IMG/VR virus record: IMGVR_UViG_3300030104_003662
Coordinates: 62,001-96,799 of that record
DNA: 34,799 nucleotides
From: an uncultured virus (IMG/VR IMGVR_UViG_3300030104_003662)
Lineage: Duplodnaviria; Heunggongvirae; Uroviricota; Caudoviricetes
Strand: one strand, 5' to 3'
A model generated the notes under the pieces. It did no database searches and was not told the DNA's origin. It saw only the letters and a list, made by a program, of their open reading frames with translations. Both the position numbers and the translations under genes were made by a program. Within the stretch, counting starts at the first letter, position 1. Each line of letters starts with the position of its first letter. Below, one piece after another: positions 34,306-34,799 of this stretch.

Positions 34306-34583
34306 CTTTCAATCACCTTCACCAATGCCTGTTTCATTTCATATACACTCTCATGTTCATCAAATGTAACTTCAATAATCGCCTTACGCAACCGCTTGAC
34401 TTCTGCAAGGAAAAGTGGTGCGTCTGCTATGAGTGCTGCATCTGCTGGCTTTGGATGCTCGTTGTTTCCATCCTCTGCAAACATCAGTAACCTCATACTA
34501 CCAGTGAGTGATTTATGTCTCGCCCCTTCGTACCATTTCCATTCTCCTTCTGTATGTCCTTCGTATTTGTCTGTGTCAATCAT
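34302..34583 (-). CDS. MIDTDKYEG-family protein (Ead/Ea22-like DAALIADAP motif), paralog 1
   Basis: HTEGEW...DAALIADAPLFLAEVKRLR. Confidence 0.65.
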   Translation of the reverse strand: MIDTDKYEGHTEGEWKWYEGARHKSLTGSMRLLMFAEDGNNEHPKPADAALIADAPLFLAEVKRLRKAIIEVTFDEHESVYEMKQALVKVIER

Positions 34584-34774
34584 TCTTCTTCATCTCCCAT
34601 GTGTTCGTTCCAAACATCAGTCGCCTCTGTGCTTAGATGACTTGGTATCAAATTAAACAAGGCATCTGCCAATGCACTCAACCGCTTGACTTCTGCGAGT
34701 AAGTGGTCTAATCCATCGTAGTCAATGTAGCCTTCTGCATCAATCAATCCTTCGTATTTGTCTGTGTCAATCAT
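34580..34774 (-). CDS. MIDTDKYEG-family protein, paralog 2
   Basis: Shares the MIDTDKYEG and LAEVKRL blocks with paralog 1. Confidence 0.65.
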   Translation of the reverse strand: MIDTDKYEGLIDAEGYIDYDGLDHLLAEVKRLSALADALFNLIPSHLSTEATDVWNEHMGDEEE

Positions 34775-34799
34775 TCAATCGTCTCCTTTTAGTATAGTT

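Noticed and set aside
14435..34590. Recurrent C-terminal EEE/KEE as a protein targeting signal
   Set aside because: Adequately explained by the next gene's SD (GAGGAGGAATGA) read in frame.
4301..34656. Numerous + strand ORFs antisense to minus-strand genes (e.g. 24691-25293, 30593-31069, 32908-33444) and - strand ORFs within 544-3824
   Set aside because: They are shadow frames of well-supported genes, with Ser/Leu/Phe-rich composition and no SD or motifs.
34302..34776. Diversity-generating retroelement TR/VR pair
   Set aside because: Differences are whole unrelated segments rather than adenine-specific substitutions, and no reverse transcriptase is present in the window.

Overview
This window is a fragment of a tailed dsDNA archaeal virus genome. 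Its gene content best matches Magroviruses, the viruses of Marine Group II Poseidoniales; that assignment is inferred from gene content, not from a database search. Bases 1-4046 (+) are the end of a late/tail module. Bases 4047-20567 (-) carry a thermosome and a nearly complete archaeal-type replisome: DEDD exonuclease, MCM-like helicase, XPF/ERCC4 nuclease, PriS-PriL fusion primase, Cas4-like nuclease, two-gene split PolB, PCNA-like clamp, RadA-like ATPase, RPA-like SSB, RFC clamp loader and a degenerate DNA ligase. Bases 20578-34799 (mostly -) are an accessory region with a PC4-like protein, DUF932, a HARP/SNF2 helicase, two DenV-like paralogs, one opposite-strand kinase-like gene and many microproteins, several absent from the ORF track. 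The most notable non-coding signals are: (i) a 14-20 bp gene-junction element (minus strand GCGTGGAGGTGACRGCRTGA, 9 copies) that brackets unrelated microgenes like cassettes, plus other junction-repeat families; (ii) a roughly 40 bp TATA-containing promoter repeat in 4 copies; (iii) a roughly 110 nt putative structured RNA upstream of the clamp gene. I saw no tRNA, CRISPR array or integrase. All family calls come from motif recognition by eye.
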